Part shown: positions 39,501-53,496 of the stretch, one piece after another
Numbering within the stretch: position 1 is the stretch's first letter
How the letters are laid out: each line of letters begins with the position of its first letter
Origin: Hydrolagus colliei
Taxonomy: Eukaryota
NCBI GenBank assembly: GCA_035084275.1
Contig: CM068749.1
Coordinates: 19,096,001 to 19,160,000 of the forward strand
Reading direction: 5' to 3'
DNA length: 64,000 nt
The notes under the pieces: generated by a model
The model's input: the letters and a program-made list of their open reading frames with translations, nothing else
Told to the model about the DNA's origin: nothing
Database searches by the model: none
Made by a program: the position numbers and the translations under genes

Positions 39501-42500
39501 TGTGAGAACATACTGAATATATGAGTGAAATGACTTAATATAATCATTAAGCAAAAGACTCAATTGTTTTCAATACAATTTGTAAGTGTAGGAGAATGTA
39601 CAGAAACAAGATTTGAAAATATGAAAACAAGTTACAAAAACAAGTACTGTACTGTAATTTCTATCAGGCATATTTTATATCTACTCAATGTGAATTTGTT
39701 GCATTCTTTAAGTTAATTTACAATCTTTTCTCTGAAGTTGAGTTTATCAAATGTATATGTATCCCCGATAAGCCTTATTAGTGCCTTACCTCAGTCTAGT
39801 GTTTAGCTAGATCAAAGTCAAGAATGCTTCTTCCTACTCAGCTGTGTTTAATTACCATAAAAGCACATATAACAGCTCCAATAACCTTGGAATGTCTGTA
39901 GGTATTTTACAGAGTTGCCAACACTAACACAGAGTGCATTTAAACAGCTGGAAATCTTCAGAAATACTAATTCCGTCTATTTCTTTATCAGGATATGATA
40001 AAATATGTACAGTAGTCTTCTGAGTAAATCTCATTTCAGGTCTGAAATAGCCAGAGAAGAAGATCATCATAAAGAGTTCAATATGAAAGAAGCTTTAGAA
40101 GCTAGTGGAAAGAATGTAATTTCAATACTCTGTCTACTAACTAAACCAGATCTTTATTGATGCACTGTTTCAGTGATATACAGTACATATATTAAAACTA
40201 TTAACATCAAATCAGCATCTTATTCTTATTCATATACAGTAGAATGGTCTATCCCAGGACAGGCAATACCTGGAAATGAAGTTCTGCTGGTAGCAAGCGC
40301 AAATATATTTTGTGAATGATTTTCTGTTTGTCCATGTTATTGTGGTTTTTTCTCCCTCACTTATTGTCTCCGTCCCTTCTCCCTATCTTTTCAATATTGT
40401 CCGCCACACCCGCTTGCACATTTCCATCTTAACAGTTTAAGATTAATAAAGCGTACTTTATTTAGAGGTCCACCCCAGCTGGCCTAGTGTGGCTGGTACT
40501 CTCAGTGGGTGGTTGGCCTTGCTCATCAGGAAGGTAATGGAACAATGATTGGTTCATATTCCTCACTTCCCTCGCACTAAGAGCTGCTCACATTGCCCTC
40601 ATTCCTCACATCTGCTCTTGTTTATCAAACCTGCTCTTGCTCCTTACATTCATTCTGTTTCCTCTTGCACTGGAAGCCATTCTCCTTCTTCTCACATTCA
40701 GAGCCACTCACTTCTCTCCCTTGGAGAATGCCATCATCTATTCTAGAACACACTGAACAATGAGATCTACAACAGGACACAGCAGAAATACAGAAGCAGC
40801 AGGTTGAGGGTTAACAAATTAAGATCCAATGTTGCAAATCAAACAAATTAAAAAGTCAGAAATGCTTACCAAATCATTTTCTGCAAGGAAACACTTTGGG
40901 AATAATCGTAAAATAGTGCAATTATAAGATGTTACTGAATTACAACCTCCGTTTAAAAATGAAAATTGTTAAGTGCAAAATTCCCTCATGGATAATATGG
41001 AGATTATCTATTCTTGAAAGAAATGCATTCTCTTAACAGATCTTGGGAAAGGATGAGAAGTTACAAATCAAACCATCACCAGAAACAAAAAACTTTCATT
41101 ATATGCATACCAGTGGGAATTAAACTTTGTACTGCCAAATTATTGTACACCGTTGTGATAATTGTAAGAGATTAGAGACATAAAATAATTTATGACGATA
41201 ATTAACTTTTGAATCTCTGTGCCCATATTACCAAATGCAGAATTGCCACTGGAACTTGCATGTGTGGTTCAAGCAAAGATTTGAAATCCATCATTTGACT
41301 TCATAGAATGTTGATTTTTAGGCATAATTTAGAGCCAATAATAATTTAATTGTGTTATTTTCAACATAATTAATTTATTTAAAGATCAGAATCGTTCATT
41401 TATAATCATGCAGTAGTTACAGAGCTTTGCTGTTTCCAGCAGTTTGTCAGAAATGTTATCAAAGGAGACTTTTTTTAACCATGATTTAGAACAAGGCAGT
41501 TTAGAAACTGTTTCGATACTAAATTCCAACCATGTACATTATTTGTATATTCATGAGTACATGACCATAAAAGATAAATATATTGTCTTTTAAGTTCCAG
41601 AATGGATTGCAGACGGCTCCTGTTGAAGGTATCAATCACTTTCAGCAGAAGGAAATCTGCTTTCGTTACTGAATCTTTTTTAAATTCTAGCTTGTGGTGG
41701 TGTCAATTCAGAATTCAGATGAATGTTTTTGATAGAGTTTAAATTCCAAAGTGTGATACATTGGGGTCATGGTAGGAATCTGCACACTATATATTTAAGT
41801 TACGATTACAATGGCTGGGGAACACTATATGAAAGGAAGGAAGCTGGCTGCTGCATATGAATTATTGTTGCCTTCTGTTTGCATTCATTCCTTGGAGCTT
41901 GATACACTGCCAGTTCAGAATCGACTTCCAAACCAGTATTTATACAATACCTAAACTCAACATAAACACGAATGAGTCTTTGCTCTTTCCTTCAAAAAAA
42001 AACTTTCCTTGCAAGTCACTCACCACCATAGATAGATCTTTCTCTAGTCTAAAGGGGACAATAGTCTGGAGCACAGAGGGGAAATCTGAGAGATGGCAAG
42101 CTGTTTTTCCTATCACATAATACTGAATAACAACTTTTACATCATGGTCCCAACCATCCACTGAATTCTGTTATTTTAATCAGGATTCCTGGGCCAAGGT
42201 GGATATGGGGAGGGATTCTTGAGGTTATTCACTCTGTAGGCTTTCCGATAGGAGTTTAAATTCCAAAGTGTGATACATTAGAAACCAGCACCCATCAGAG
42301 CTGCACAAATTTAGGCTGATATTTTGTTGCTGCTGGATTCACAGCAATGGTGACTAGAAGAGTCAAAGGTAAAAGAACTCGGTGAGAGGAAGTGGGAGGA
42401 GTACAGATAAACCATAGAACAGGAGGAGGAAAACCTATGTTAAAAACAGTGGGGTGAAAAACAATCCAGGCTTAACAAACTAGAATCAGAGGATTAACAG

Positions 42501-43203
42501 AGAAAAAGAAACACACAAAGAAGGAAAAAAAATCAGAAATACAGCACGTAAAGCAGAGGCTGGGAGAAATCGTGTGAGAATAAACAGCAAGTTATAAATA
42601 TTTAGAGTACAAGTCTGGGAACTTTGGCTGTTTTCCTCCTCATTCACCCAGATTGCTGAAATTAATTGTAGCGCCTTTGCTGAGATCAGATAACAGCACG
42701 TTACTGAAGTTTGAAATACACCGATGTAGAATTAAAACATACAAAAAGATAATATTTCAAGACGGCACTGCTAAGTAATCAGGAGCATTGCGCAAGAGAG
42801 ACCCAAACACATGCACCTGAATCAACAGTCTCTATTAAATAAACGTACAGACCTCCATGGAAGAAACTTCATATTTTGTTGCTTAATTACAGGAAAGAAA
42901 ACTGAGAAGGGGAACACCTCTTGTATTAGGGAGACAGATAGAAGAGCAGTGAAGACAAATATTTGTTTTAAAGTCAACACTAATCGTTTGCAGTGGGGGA
43001 GACTGAAGAATCTAAGTAGTTTAAGCAGCTAACAGTGATTTTTTCTTAGAAAATCACTTAGTGCATTTACTCCCTCACACTCCATGGATGTACTCAGCTA
43101 ACATTTTGTTCTATGGGTGTGAGGGAGTCTGGAGATTACATTCTTCGCTGTGTTCCTACCCACAGACTTCGTACATGTTTAGAACGATTTTCCTATCAGT
43201 TTC

Positions 43204-43209
43204 TTTATT
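43204..43209 (-). terminator. Candidate ALG14 polyadenylation signal AATAAA
   Basis: tttatt on + strand about 120 nt after the stop codon. Confidence 0.55.
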
Positions 43210-43329
43210 TCTTCTAAAGAGATCAGGTCAAATATTTGTGCTCTGGAATGTACATTGTGCACAGTTGTTGGTTCCTGGCGCCCTCACATATGTTACCTCC
43301 CCAATCCTGTCAGTCTTTATCTTGTAAGT

Positions 43330-43560
43330 TCAGACGATTCTTCCAAGGTAAATCGATTTGGGATATTTCTCCTTTAAAGTAGACCACTGGACAAAAAAGT
43401 AATCCGACAAATAATACAGTATCTTCCCCGAGAGTGACAACGTTTCCACTCGGCAGATGCTCTCCACATATATAATTAGCACTTTCTTTATTCCGAATAC
43501 TCCAAGCATCAAAGCAGATAGACAGAGTGGCACACAGGTCCCTGGTCCATTGCACATCAC
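43330..43560 (-). CDS. ALG14: UDP-N-acetylglucosamine transferase subunit ALG14 exon 4 (stop TGA)
   Basis: ttctctgcag|GTG; VMCNGPGTCVPLCLSALMLGVFGIKKVLIIYVESICRVETLSLSGKILYYLSDYFFVQWSTLKEKYPKSIYLGRIV*, hallmark ALG14 C-terminus. Confidence 0.97.
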   Translation of the reverse strand: MMCNGPGTCVPLCLSALMLGVFGIKKVLIIYVESICRVETLSLSGKILYYLSDYFFVQWSTLKEKYPKSIYLGRIV

Positions 43561-43664
43561 CTGCAGAGAAACAAACAGGGTTATTTATACAGTTTGTAAA
43601 ATAATTTACATAGCTGAGATTTTAATGCAGCCTCCTGGAATTGTGTGTAAATTCATTGCCAAGC

Positions 43665-43875
43665 TAAAACAGCACTGGAAGGTCCCATGTTTCAACCTTG
43701 GTCTAAAACCCGATGGTTATGTGGGATTAGTATCCCTGGGCTGAGGAACCAAGCAAGCCATCCTACTTTTGATCATTATTTAGGAATTCCTGCTGGAAAC
43801 AGTGTGTATATAAATCAGATGGGGTTTTATCCACCCACCCCATGGCTGAATAGCCCATTGATTCATTCCCTATAC
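43665..43875 (+). mobile_element. Probable older tRNA-derived SINE relic of a second family
   Basis: ggaaggtcccatgtttcaaccttggtct head-like segment, then cctgctggaaacagtgtg..catggctgaatagcc; related pieces near 4630-4740, 51215-51265 and 52990-53060. Confidence 0.4.
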
Positions 43876-45913
43876 CACCATTTTGCTCAAAAATAGTTGC
43901 ACATTCTTACATAGTAGTAATGTGAAAACAACTGGACTGCTAGTTTGTGCAGCAGTTAAGTTGTGTAGCTATAAAACACTGCACCAGTCAAAAATGGACT
44001 TCAATTCTTTGGGGATTATTGTTAATGCTTGTGTGACATACTGACCAATAATGAAGCAGCATTGAGCAACAGTGAAAGGATCAACTGTCACACTGAGGGA
44101 ATGTGCCGACAGAAAGTAGTCGCGGGCCCGATAGAAAAACAAATGGGGCCAAAAATTCCAATCTGTTAGGAAACCAAGAATACACATGTGTGTTTTAACA
44201 TTTGGAAATTCTGACTGCTCCCACGCACTGGCCAAGCCAGCTGTTGTTAATGGAGAATGCTAGATAACAAAGATGAAACACTAAATTAGAGTACTAGGCA
44301 CCAACATGACTGCATGGATTTCACCCTCAGTTACAAGTTTTGCTCAGTTCAACAACAACACAATTACATTTGTATAGCGCCTTTCACACCAGGACATCCC
44401 AAGACGAAGGCATATATCGGTTCCGAGCTGGGGAGGGTGGCTTGCAGGAAGCGGGAGGTTCAGTTCTGAGCATATGAGTTTGGAAGCGGTGTTTTTAATA
44501 CAACCCAAAGCTGCCCCTCTCCTTGAGTTCTTTGGCATAGCAAGTAAGCATTGGCTGCAATCCAACTGTCCAGTTCCATTAATAACATGCTTCAGTGAGC
44601 AATACTAAGTATCACTAGTCAAAATACTGCAGCCACCTTTATCTGCATACACAGCCGACTGCTCACATCATAGAAATGACGGAATGCGTTATGCAGAATT
44701 TATTTTAAATGCTGTGAAATGGTATCAAAGCATCACTTCTATTTGTATATTCTTTTCACAATTGGTATTAATGGCAGGTAGCCACTAAATGGAAACTATT
44801 AACCACCTTCATCAGAAGAAGGTGAAATCTAATTGAATTCACTGATTTGAGTGCAGGTGTAATTAACAAAATTGCCTTTTGAAAATAATTGTTTATACTG
44901 CCAGAATATAAAACCAACACACAGAGTCAGTTGGAATCAAATTAACAGTATCTCCAGGTTTCCCTTTGCAGTGATCAACAGCAAAAATATGAATGAATTC
45001 CTAGGTGTTGTAAAGGCACCTACTCAATCAGGGGTGTTAGCAAATTCCCTTATCAAAGTATGAAGAAATCTTAATACTATCACTAACTCATCCAGTGGTA
45101 GCTGATACCTGTTTGATCTACCCCAGTCACATCCATGGAATGACTACATCAATCTTTAGAGTTGTGGGCTATGACAGGCCGAAAAATACATTATTTGCAG
45201 CTGATTTTCAGTCAAAGGTTACTACCCAAAATGGATTGTTAAATCCAGAAGGGATAGAATGAACAGGAGAAATAAAGAAAAATCAGTTCATAACACAGTA
45301 ATAATAATAGAGAACAAGAAAGATGAAGGAATGGAAAAGTAAAAAACAGTCTGACTATAATTTCACCACGTTAAAACTTATTGGAATTTTAACATTTTAA
45401 CAAATATATAATTTGGACTCCAAAGACTATTGATATGATGTTATATGCTTTTGCTCATATAAGAAGTTTTTAAATAATGAAGGGAACACGATATAGAGAT
45501 GTTTTCTGTGCTAATCTACGATAGGAACCAGAGGACAGAATTACAAGATAAAGATACTGATTACAGAATTATAATACTGTCACGGATAATAGGATTAAAG
45601 GATATGCACAAGATCAAATAACATTTTTAAATCAGTATTAGAATCCACATCATACGACTCCATCACACTGCATATTCTGGCTCTAGCGTTAATATATTCA
45701 TATCAAACCGGCATAAACTGAAAAGTTGATTGTCTCTTTATTCTTGTTGCAGAGAAAGAGAGTCGGCCAATTGTCAAACCTCCTCCCACTCAGTTTTTCA
45801 GTTCAACTCCGAAGTCCATGATTCACAATTTCCAGATGTAATTTCTTTGTATCAAATGTTAAAATGTGGTTCAGCTCCAGCTCGTATTTTGAAGCATAAA
45901 AGGGCAGCAAATA

Positions 45914-46149
45914 CAATTAGGCCTCGCTTAGCGCGTTTGTGAAAAGTGCAACTTGAAGCGAAACAACATTAAGCGAACCCGCAGAAGAATCTATGTACGC
46001 CTATACTACCCAAAGTAGTTTGTTTCCACCTGCGCGAACGACGTAATAATGAACGTCGTGACGTTGAATGAATATATGTTCCTCTATGTATAAGCAATGT
46101 AAAATCTAAACACCGTTGACCAAAGCAACGTTAAGCGAGGTCTACCCTG
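45914..46149. mobile_element. Tc1/mariner (Tigger/pogo-like) MITE
   Basis: Left end ta|CAATTAGGCCTCGCTTA; right end reverse complement ta|CAGGGTAGACCTCGCTTA; TA on both flanks; internal ttaagcga subrepeats; CpG-richer than flanks. Confidence 0.8.
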
Positions 46150-47736
46150 TATTGAGACTTCAGCAAACCATAAGAGATATAAGAGCCATCACATAGGAAG
46201 CAAGATGGATTCTAAAGGTTCTTGGTAATCCTCACATGAAAGTGAATATTCCGTTTACAAGGCAAGAAGTGTCAGAACCCACAAATGATTACGGTTAATG
46301 AATGAGGCACCCGATATTTACAATATTTGCAAACATTTTTCTGAATTTGATAGTAAATCCGACAACCAGAATCAAATTAATGTGTGGGAATGTTTGGTTG
46401 ATGTCACTGTGCCACTGGTTAAGCATAGAAAAATCTCCAGTTATAACCCCTTAGCTAGCTGGTAATCTTGTCATTAGATGGCTGTGTACTTTGGTAGTAC
46501 TAAGCAAAAAGGTCAAACATTGCTTTTCTTAAGGTTGGACAGACACAGTGATATTGTCCTTGAGGGAAACTTTGCCTGCTACAGCATATTTAGAGTACAA
46601 TGGCAGCTCAAACCTCCTCAAAACCATGTGGAATCATCAATCTAATCTAACCATATTGCACATCGCTCACAGTGTATGGTGCTTGGGCAGAACCATAGAA
46701 CAATGGTGAAATCAGCTAAATGTTTCACTGGTCTTCTTGTGCTCTCCTACAACAATATCTTTGGTGTCTCAGCAGATGAGACAAAGTTGTTATTTCTCCG
46801 TTTACATAAACAAATATTTCTAAACATGTTCTGATTAATCTGATGTCCTTCGTAGTGTTGTCTTGTACATAGGAATCGAGCTTCCATTTGTTTGGAAATA
46901 CGGGCATTTAGATTATCTTCTGTTTTGCCTTCAACTCTGGCCTACTTACCCAGGGCCAATTTATTTTTAGTTGCAGAATAGGCGAGAGTGTGACACTGAG
47001 TCTTGTCTTTGCACCAAATACAGAATGGATTATTTTTCTGAAAAGCAAATCCCATTTCTTTATGAAAAGTGGAGTGATTTTACTGAAATTGAAGAGGAAG
47101 TGATTAAAGCTCCGATTTCTGAATCGCAGTGAGACTGTCAAATGTCATTTTCATCGTCACTAGTCTAGAAGTCGTTAGGGTGAGGCTCCTAAAGAGATAT
47201 TGCTATGTGCAGTTGTGCAATTTTTTCAGGCACCACAGAAGTTACATAGGTTGAGATGCTGTAAGTTTCCATTTCAAACAATAAAATTGTTTATGACAAA
47301 AAACAAAAGGAGGAGGATACTTTTGTGTTCCTTTGAACAGAATGTGAGCGCTGAAACCTATAAAATATTCATTAACACTGAAAACCAACACTAAAACCCT
47401 CAAACACATCTAAGCGAGGGGAAACACATGGGTGGATGCAACCTCACCAGGGAACTCGGGATACTGTCTTTATAACAACACCCAAAAAACAAACAAAGAA
47501 TTATGCCTGAAGAGAAATGAGAACAATTGTCACCAATTTGCGTGCACTTCCAGTTTGTTGAACTGAACTTTCTGCGTTTCCAGCATGACCTTGTTAAGGA
47601 TGTTTACTTGTACAGTCTTGTGATCTTAAAGACTATTGAGATTTTAGATATTGTTAGCTAGAAACAAAAGGCATTTTCTGAATGCAATCATGTTAAATTA
47701 TCAAAACAATCCTGTTGTGTAAAAGGAGAACATAGA

Positions 47737-48051
47737 AATAATTATAATATTGATAATAATCCTTGCAATTGATATAGCGCTTTTCACATCTTCTAGACGT
47801 CTCAAAGCGCTTCAGAGTATACTGTAAAGTGAAATGACTTTAAAGTGAAAGGTGGGCGAAACGCGGCAGTCACTGCGCACAGCAGTGTCTTACCAACAGT
47901 CTTGGATTGAACTGACTAATTTTTTTTGAGGGACTATTATTAGGCACGTGGAGTAAACAAACTTCCCTAAGGTTACACCCTGCCTGGAATTGAACCCAGG
48001 TCTTGCTTGTAAGGCGAGTGCTCTAACCACTGAGCTACAGGAGCTTCACAA
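47737..48051 (-). mobile_element. tRNA-derived SINE, full length
   Basis: Minus strand head GCTCCTGTAGCTCAGTGGTTAGAGCACTCGCCTTACAAGC..CTGGGTTCAATTCCAGG; shared body and tail. Confidence 0.92.
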
Positions 48052-48344
48052 AATAGTTTGCCAAGAGGGAAGAGAGCTGTACTTGGGAAACTGTACCCAG
48101 GAAACTGTACCTTATTATGAGGTCTCAAAGGAGGATTACAGAAGATTAAATGGTGGCAAATACAAAAAAAAAGCAATAAATAACTTTTTAATTCTATGTA
48201 ATCCATCTGTTGGACAAGATGATAAATCGAATAAATGAGATAAATAGAATAATCCTTTTGACATTTTCCTTTTTTTAAAGTCTTACATGAGTAAGACATT
48301 AGAAGTCTTGTAAATACCAGTTACAAATGTTGTACCAGAACAGG

Positions 48345-48606
48345 CTTTGTTGGTAGTTCTCAATACAAAGTTGTGGATTTCTCATGTTCCAAGCATCACT
48401 CTGACTTCAATGCCTAGGTACTTAAAATGCAAGTCCAGGCTTAAACAACAGTGTTACTGGGGGAATTCTGTACTGGTGGAGTCTTTCAGATGAGATTTTA
48501 CCCTAAGGTTCTGTCGGTCTCTTCTGTTAAATCTTAAAAATCCCATAACACTACTCAAAAAAAAAGATAGTTTCTCCTGTCAGTCTGGCCATTTATTCTC
48601 CAGTTA
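48345..48606 (+). mobile_element. Old Deu-domain SINE relic (AmnSINE1/SacSINE1-like)
   Basis: cagtgttactggggga..gtctttcagatgaga..aaaaatcccataacacta..tctcctg..ctggccatttattc follows the Deu core order as I recall it (gtctttcggatgagac..aaagatcccatggcacta..ctggccaatatttatc). Confidence 0.6.
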
Positions 48607-51270
48607 ATAAAGAATAATAATAATCCTTGCGCTTGATATAGAACCTAATCAAGTCTTCAAAGTGACTTAAAGCACTTCACAGAATACAATTAAAAATTGC
48701 ATATGTACTATGCATCTTGTGGGCAAAATATATAAAAAGGATTACCTCAAGGTTGTTTGTTGCACACAAAATGGTTGTGCAATTGCCTGGAAAACAGTAA
48801 CTAAACTTAACAGTAACTGTAAAATGCTCGGAGACATTCCACAATAAGGTACAAGTTCTTTCTATTGTGCAAACAATCATGGCAACAGGTAGTAAGAGAA
48901 ATCTGTTAATATCCTAACCTCCTTATTTTGAAGGTTTTTTTAAAAAAAAACCTTGGGAGAAAATAATCTGTCACAAAAGAGTTGTAAATTATGCACAAAG
49001 CACAATTAGAGAGAAAGGAAACTGTCTGAAATGAAATGTGGTTTCGCAGTCCAATAATACCTCATTAGTAAACTCTACTAGGCTTACACCAAAAGGACTG
49101 GTGTCCTCTTACACTGCAATAGCACAGAATTCTTTGGGTTGTTGTGCTGTAAATTCATCATCTGGGTTTCCAGCCAGATAGAGCACTCTCACAGACCACC
49201 GGTGCCTCTCTTTTGATCCCTTTCTCTGCCACAGTGAAAATACTTTACAAGAAATGAAAAGAAAAATAGGTCTGGTTCTTTATAATAGGTTCGAAAAACT
49301 GAATTGCAAACTGGTTAATTTTAACAGCTATTAAAACACATTTAACCTTCCGTCTTGTACGTGGTCTCATTAGAAGGGCACGGTGCTCAGGAGAGTTTCT
49401 TCGCGGTTGAATGCTTTAATGATAAAGCTGCACAGAAGATATTATCCATGTATTAAGCGCCACTGAAACTGCGTTCCTGCCATTTGCAGTCGGCAACACA
49501 GCAATGGCTGTAGATTAGAAAAATGGAATCCTGAATTCAGCCTCTCGACTTAGCCTCTCATCCTCCCACAGAGAGGGAAACTTGATCCCATTTCGTTGAA
49601 GCTTTCAGACTAGAGACTGGCGGGTGGCCAAGTGCCGTGGATGTAGCCTGTGAACACAGCTCTTCTGTTCTGGCAAAATATGTAAGCATCACTGGGGGAT
49701 CAGACATAAACCCTACGGACCTAATGTGCTGTCAGGGCTGCAGAACATACCAGAATCTCTCTAATCTACCACTGACACTTCATCTGCTGTTGTACCAGAA
49801 TCAGGGCAGTCGTACAGAGAGCAATCATTTTAACGATCTGTTCAGAACATTTCTACAGATAGTGTACCTTACAATTGGTGTACAGTTAAAGAAACAGGAT
49901 GGGGGGGGAGTAACTTATCCTTAACAGGACCTGTTTTACATTGTCATTCTCGTCAAATGTTAACTACGCATTGAAGCCAAAACATATTAAGTCAGGAGGG
50001 GCTCTAATTCTGACTAAGTGAAACCCAAAGTGTATTATTTCATACTAAGCAGTTCAACTATGAATTAATGCATTAAATATGCATTGCTTCTCTTCAAATA
50101 CATAGACAACGAAGCACTGTAAAACTGACACTTTGAAACAAGCAGCTACAGGGCTTGATGTAATAATTTTAATCTCGAATAATCCCATTTCATTGAGTAC
50201 AGCAACAAGATATTCAATTGGTAGATGGCAAAGACATATTGTATGCAAGTGCCTGAGCAGATTTTCTATTTCATGTTACTGGCCCCATGTTTAATCGATA
50301 TTCCATATGCAGTTTCATTCCTAATAATGAAACCATACCGCACTGCTCACTTTGTAGGATGTTGTTTCGGTGGATTCATCTTACAATTTGAGTTTTTTTT
50401 GTAGCATTACATCTTGAAATAGTATAGCCACGGTTCCCACAAGCAGGATCTGGATCCCCACTTATGCTGATCTGCCTGACTGAATGCGTGCCTGGTAAGG
50501 GGTGGGGGAGAGATTAACCATTACCTTGTACTAATTTGCTCTGCCCATGGAGTGTGTCACTCCACTGCACTGCATTTAAACATCCGCGACTGGTATCCAG
50601 TATGATTTATTCAGACGGTAGCCACAGCCAAGGGGCCCTCACACTCATATTTGTCATCTAGAACCTGAGATTGTTTTTATATCACATTTACTACAGTATC
50701 AATTGTAGTCTCAAAGTGTTTTACTTTCTGATTAATATATAATAGCTTCTCAAACTACAGCACACTGTAAAACAGAGTAATTTGCAAGAGAGCTCAATAG
50801 AATGCCGGTGATTAGTTATCTAGCTATCAAAGCACCCGACTGCAAAAACTATTATTTTAAATGGATTCCCCATGAAGCGGGTTTTAAGATGCATCACTGT
50901 TTTTCAAAATAACAAGTTGGTCCTTCCCTGAATGTTCACAAAAATGTAGCTGAACAGTAGCTGCTGAGCTGATTAAGGATACGCATGAGCAAAATGTTCC
51001 ATGTGTCCTATTGCTTAGAAACGCATCTGATCCAAATACAAGAATGTCAAGACATTTGAAAATAAGTGACTAATTTAAATAAAACGCTGCAATCTGGAAA
51101 CTTGGAACTCAAGGTAATGTCCCTCAGGGATTGATGAAATTCGTGGATGACATCATTCTTTCGAACGATTATTTCAAGCTTGTATGTGAGTTTCGGGTGA
51201 GAACAGCAAGCAACAGGCTTGGATGTGATGCCCACCACGGTTGAATAATTACGTGGCACTGCCTGTTAAG

Positions 51271-51634
51271 GTGGAATCCCGTAGTTCATTCATTAGAGCA
51301 TTCGCCTCCCAAGCGAGAGAGCTGGATTTGATTCCTGGCAGGGAATCCTTGGACAAGTTTCCTTACTCCACACGCCTCTGTTTGCCTAGCAGTAAGCAGG
51401 AATCTGGTTATGAGTCAAATGGCAGATCGCTTTTCTGGGGTAATCATTTCTTAAAATATTAGATTAGTCCCTCAATCTACGACTGGTTTGTGGGACATTG
51501 CCGTGTGAAAACGGCTGCCATGTTTCGCCCACAAATTAATCAATTCACTTAACACAATATTCAGTGGAGCGCTTTGAGACACCTCAAAGACATGAAGTGG
51601 GGATATATTAAATGCAAGAATTATTATTATTATT
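51271..51634 (+). mobile_element. tRNA-derived SINE, longer variant
   Basis: Head gtagttcattcattagagcattcgcctcccaagcgagag..gatttgattcctggcaggg; extra internal sequence; tail aatgcaagaattattattattatt. Confidence 0.85.
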
Positions 51635-53496
51635 CTTCCTGAAGCACTGGAAAAAGTACCAGAGGTGAACAATATCCATTGAAACTCTGCTCTTCACATG
51701 TGTTTCTCAAACTCCTGGAGGAAGAATTCAAGGAAATACCGGGACGCAAAAAAAAACGCATTACAGTCAGTTCCTGCACTGTAAATCTTATTGAAGGCAT
51801 GTAGTTAAAAACAAACCTGAAGAATTTATAAGGTAGGTAAATGCTGGATGCAGAATTACTTGAGTTTCTTAAGAGGGAGATTATAATATAAAATACTTGG
51901 GAACTGATGGTTAGAGCGCAAAGGCAACAAAATAGGATTGGAAAGGTAAAGTGCTGCCATTAACTAATAAATGGGAACAAATTGCCTACATCCTCTTGCT
52001 CTTAAGGTTTCTAATCATCTAATATATCATATTTGTAACTGTGGATAATTCTTTAAATACATCTGCTTTTTAAAAATGTGTTTCTTATTAATTCAAACAG
52101 AAAAACAATACATCACAATCAAATGTGTATTATATGGTCATCTTAACATACATTAACTACAGCTTGGGTTTACAATAAACAGTATGCTGCAAATATCCAG
52201 GCAGTACTGTTTTTTTTTTCTGGGGTCAGGAAGTTACGGGGAGTCACTACACAATGTACCAAACTTCTTCTGGCACATACATCAGGAAGCAACTGGCAGT
52301 TCAGGGGCAAGTCCTGATTACTGAAGAAAAGCAAGATGGACCGACTATAACATCATGCAGATTAAGAGAATAAGCTGTTCAGAGATTAAAAAAATGTTGT
52401 TCCTCTAACAAATAAAGTAAATGCTTTGTTCGGATATACTCCCCCGGGCATTTCCTCCCCTTTAATGAAGTGTTCTTATCATTGTAATTGTTGCTTTGAA
52501 ATGAAGGCCAAGCATACAATAGCTTGTGGATCCCGCACTTTGCTAGGAGTTCAAGAGGTTATTTTGCATTAACTGGTTCATATGCTGCAGTAAATCATAC
52601 CAAAACCTGCTTCGTCTGAATAATATACTTCCTACATATTTTTCGACATCATGACTTTGCTCGGTGTAATACAGTGGTGTGTACACCTGATCTTTATTTG
52701 TTCTACTTCATACTTTCTAGCTCTGTGACCTTTTTCATGTATTTCCGCAACTTACCCTTTTGCCCTGACAACTTTAATCCCTTTCCCTCCTCACTAAAGA
52801 CATTTAACTTTTCCTTTATGGGCACCAAGCTGTATATATCATGATAATACAGTTTAGATGACCCTGCCCTCATGGACTGACTGAAATTCAGGTGAATGTC
52901 ACATCACCTTTGGCGATGCATGATTATAATGGGGGAAATTCCTTCAGCAGCAGATATGGCCAAAACCACAACATCTGACACCAAAGGGCATTTGCACAGG
53001 ACTGGGATCAAACCTGGAACACTCTAAGTCCGTGCAGCTTTCCTAAACACTGATTAAATTTGCGTAGTCATTAAAGTATGTGAATGCTGTTCATATCTTA
53101 AGTAAGTGACCCTGCAGTAGTTATTTTAGCACTTTCTCAGCTCAGTGTTCCTTGAACAAATCCAGGCATTTACACAGCGGTTGTAAACAGAACCAATAAA
53201 TCACTGTCAGCTTCACAGGGCAATTCCAAATAATGTCATGGAAGTGAGTAAATTCTAGTGTGAGCAACAAGTGTGGCCACTCAAAAATCTGCACATGCTC
53301 TGGGATTATGGTTTAGTTTTGACTGCAATCAATACTTCCCTGGTTCTATAGAAAATTATAGTTTAAATACTGCAATTGGGCGCACAAAATTGCAGGATTC
53401 TGAGCTTGTCTTGGTAATGCACTGAGGAACTTCTGCATCAATCCACTGACAGTATTGGCCTTCAAATAAAGCACCAGCAATGGAAGGGCAAAAGGA

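Noticed and set aside
38900-41400. Possible decayed transposase in AT-rich intergenic DNA
   Set aside because: No TIRs, long ORF or recognisable motif could be pinned down by eye.
47975-48045. tRNA-Val(TAC)-like gene
   Set aside because: It is the SINE head: imperfect acceptor and anticodon stems, and contiguous with SINE body and tail.
49300-49520. Enhancer-like motif cluster in ALG14 intron 3
   Set aside because: Only generic TAAT and CpG-containing short motifs; not distinguishable from background without an alignment.
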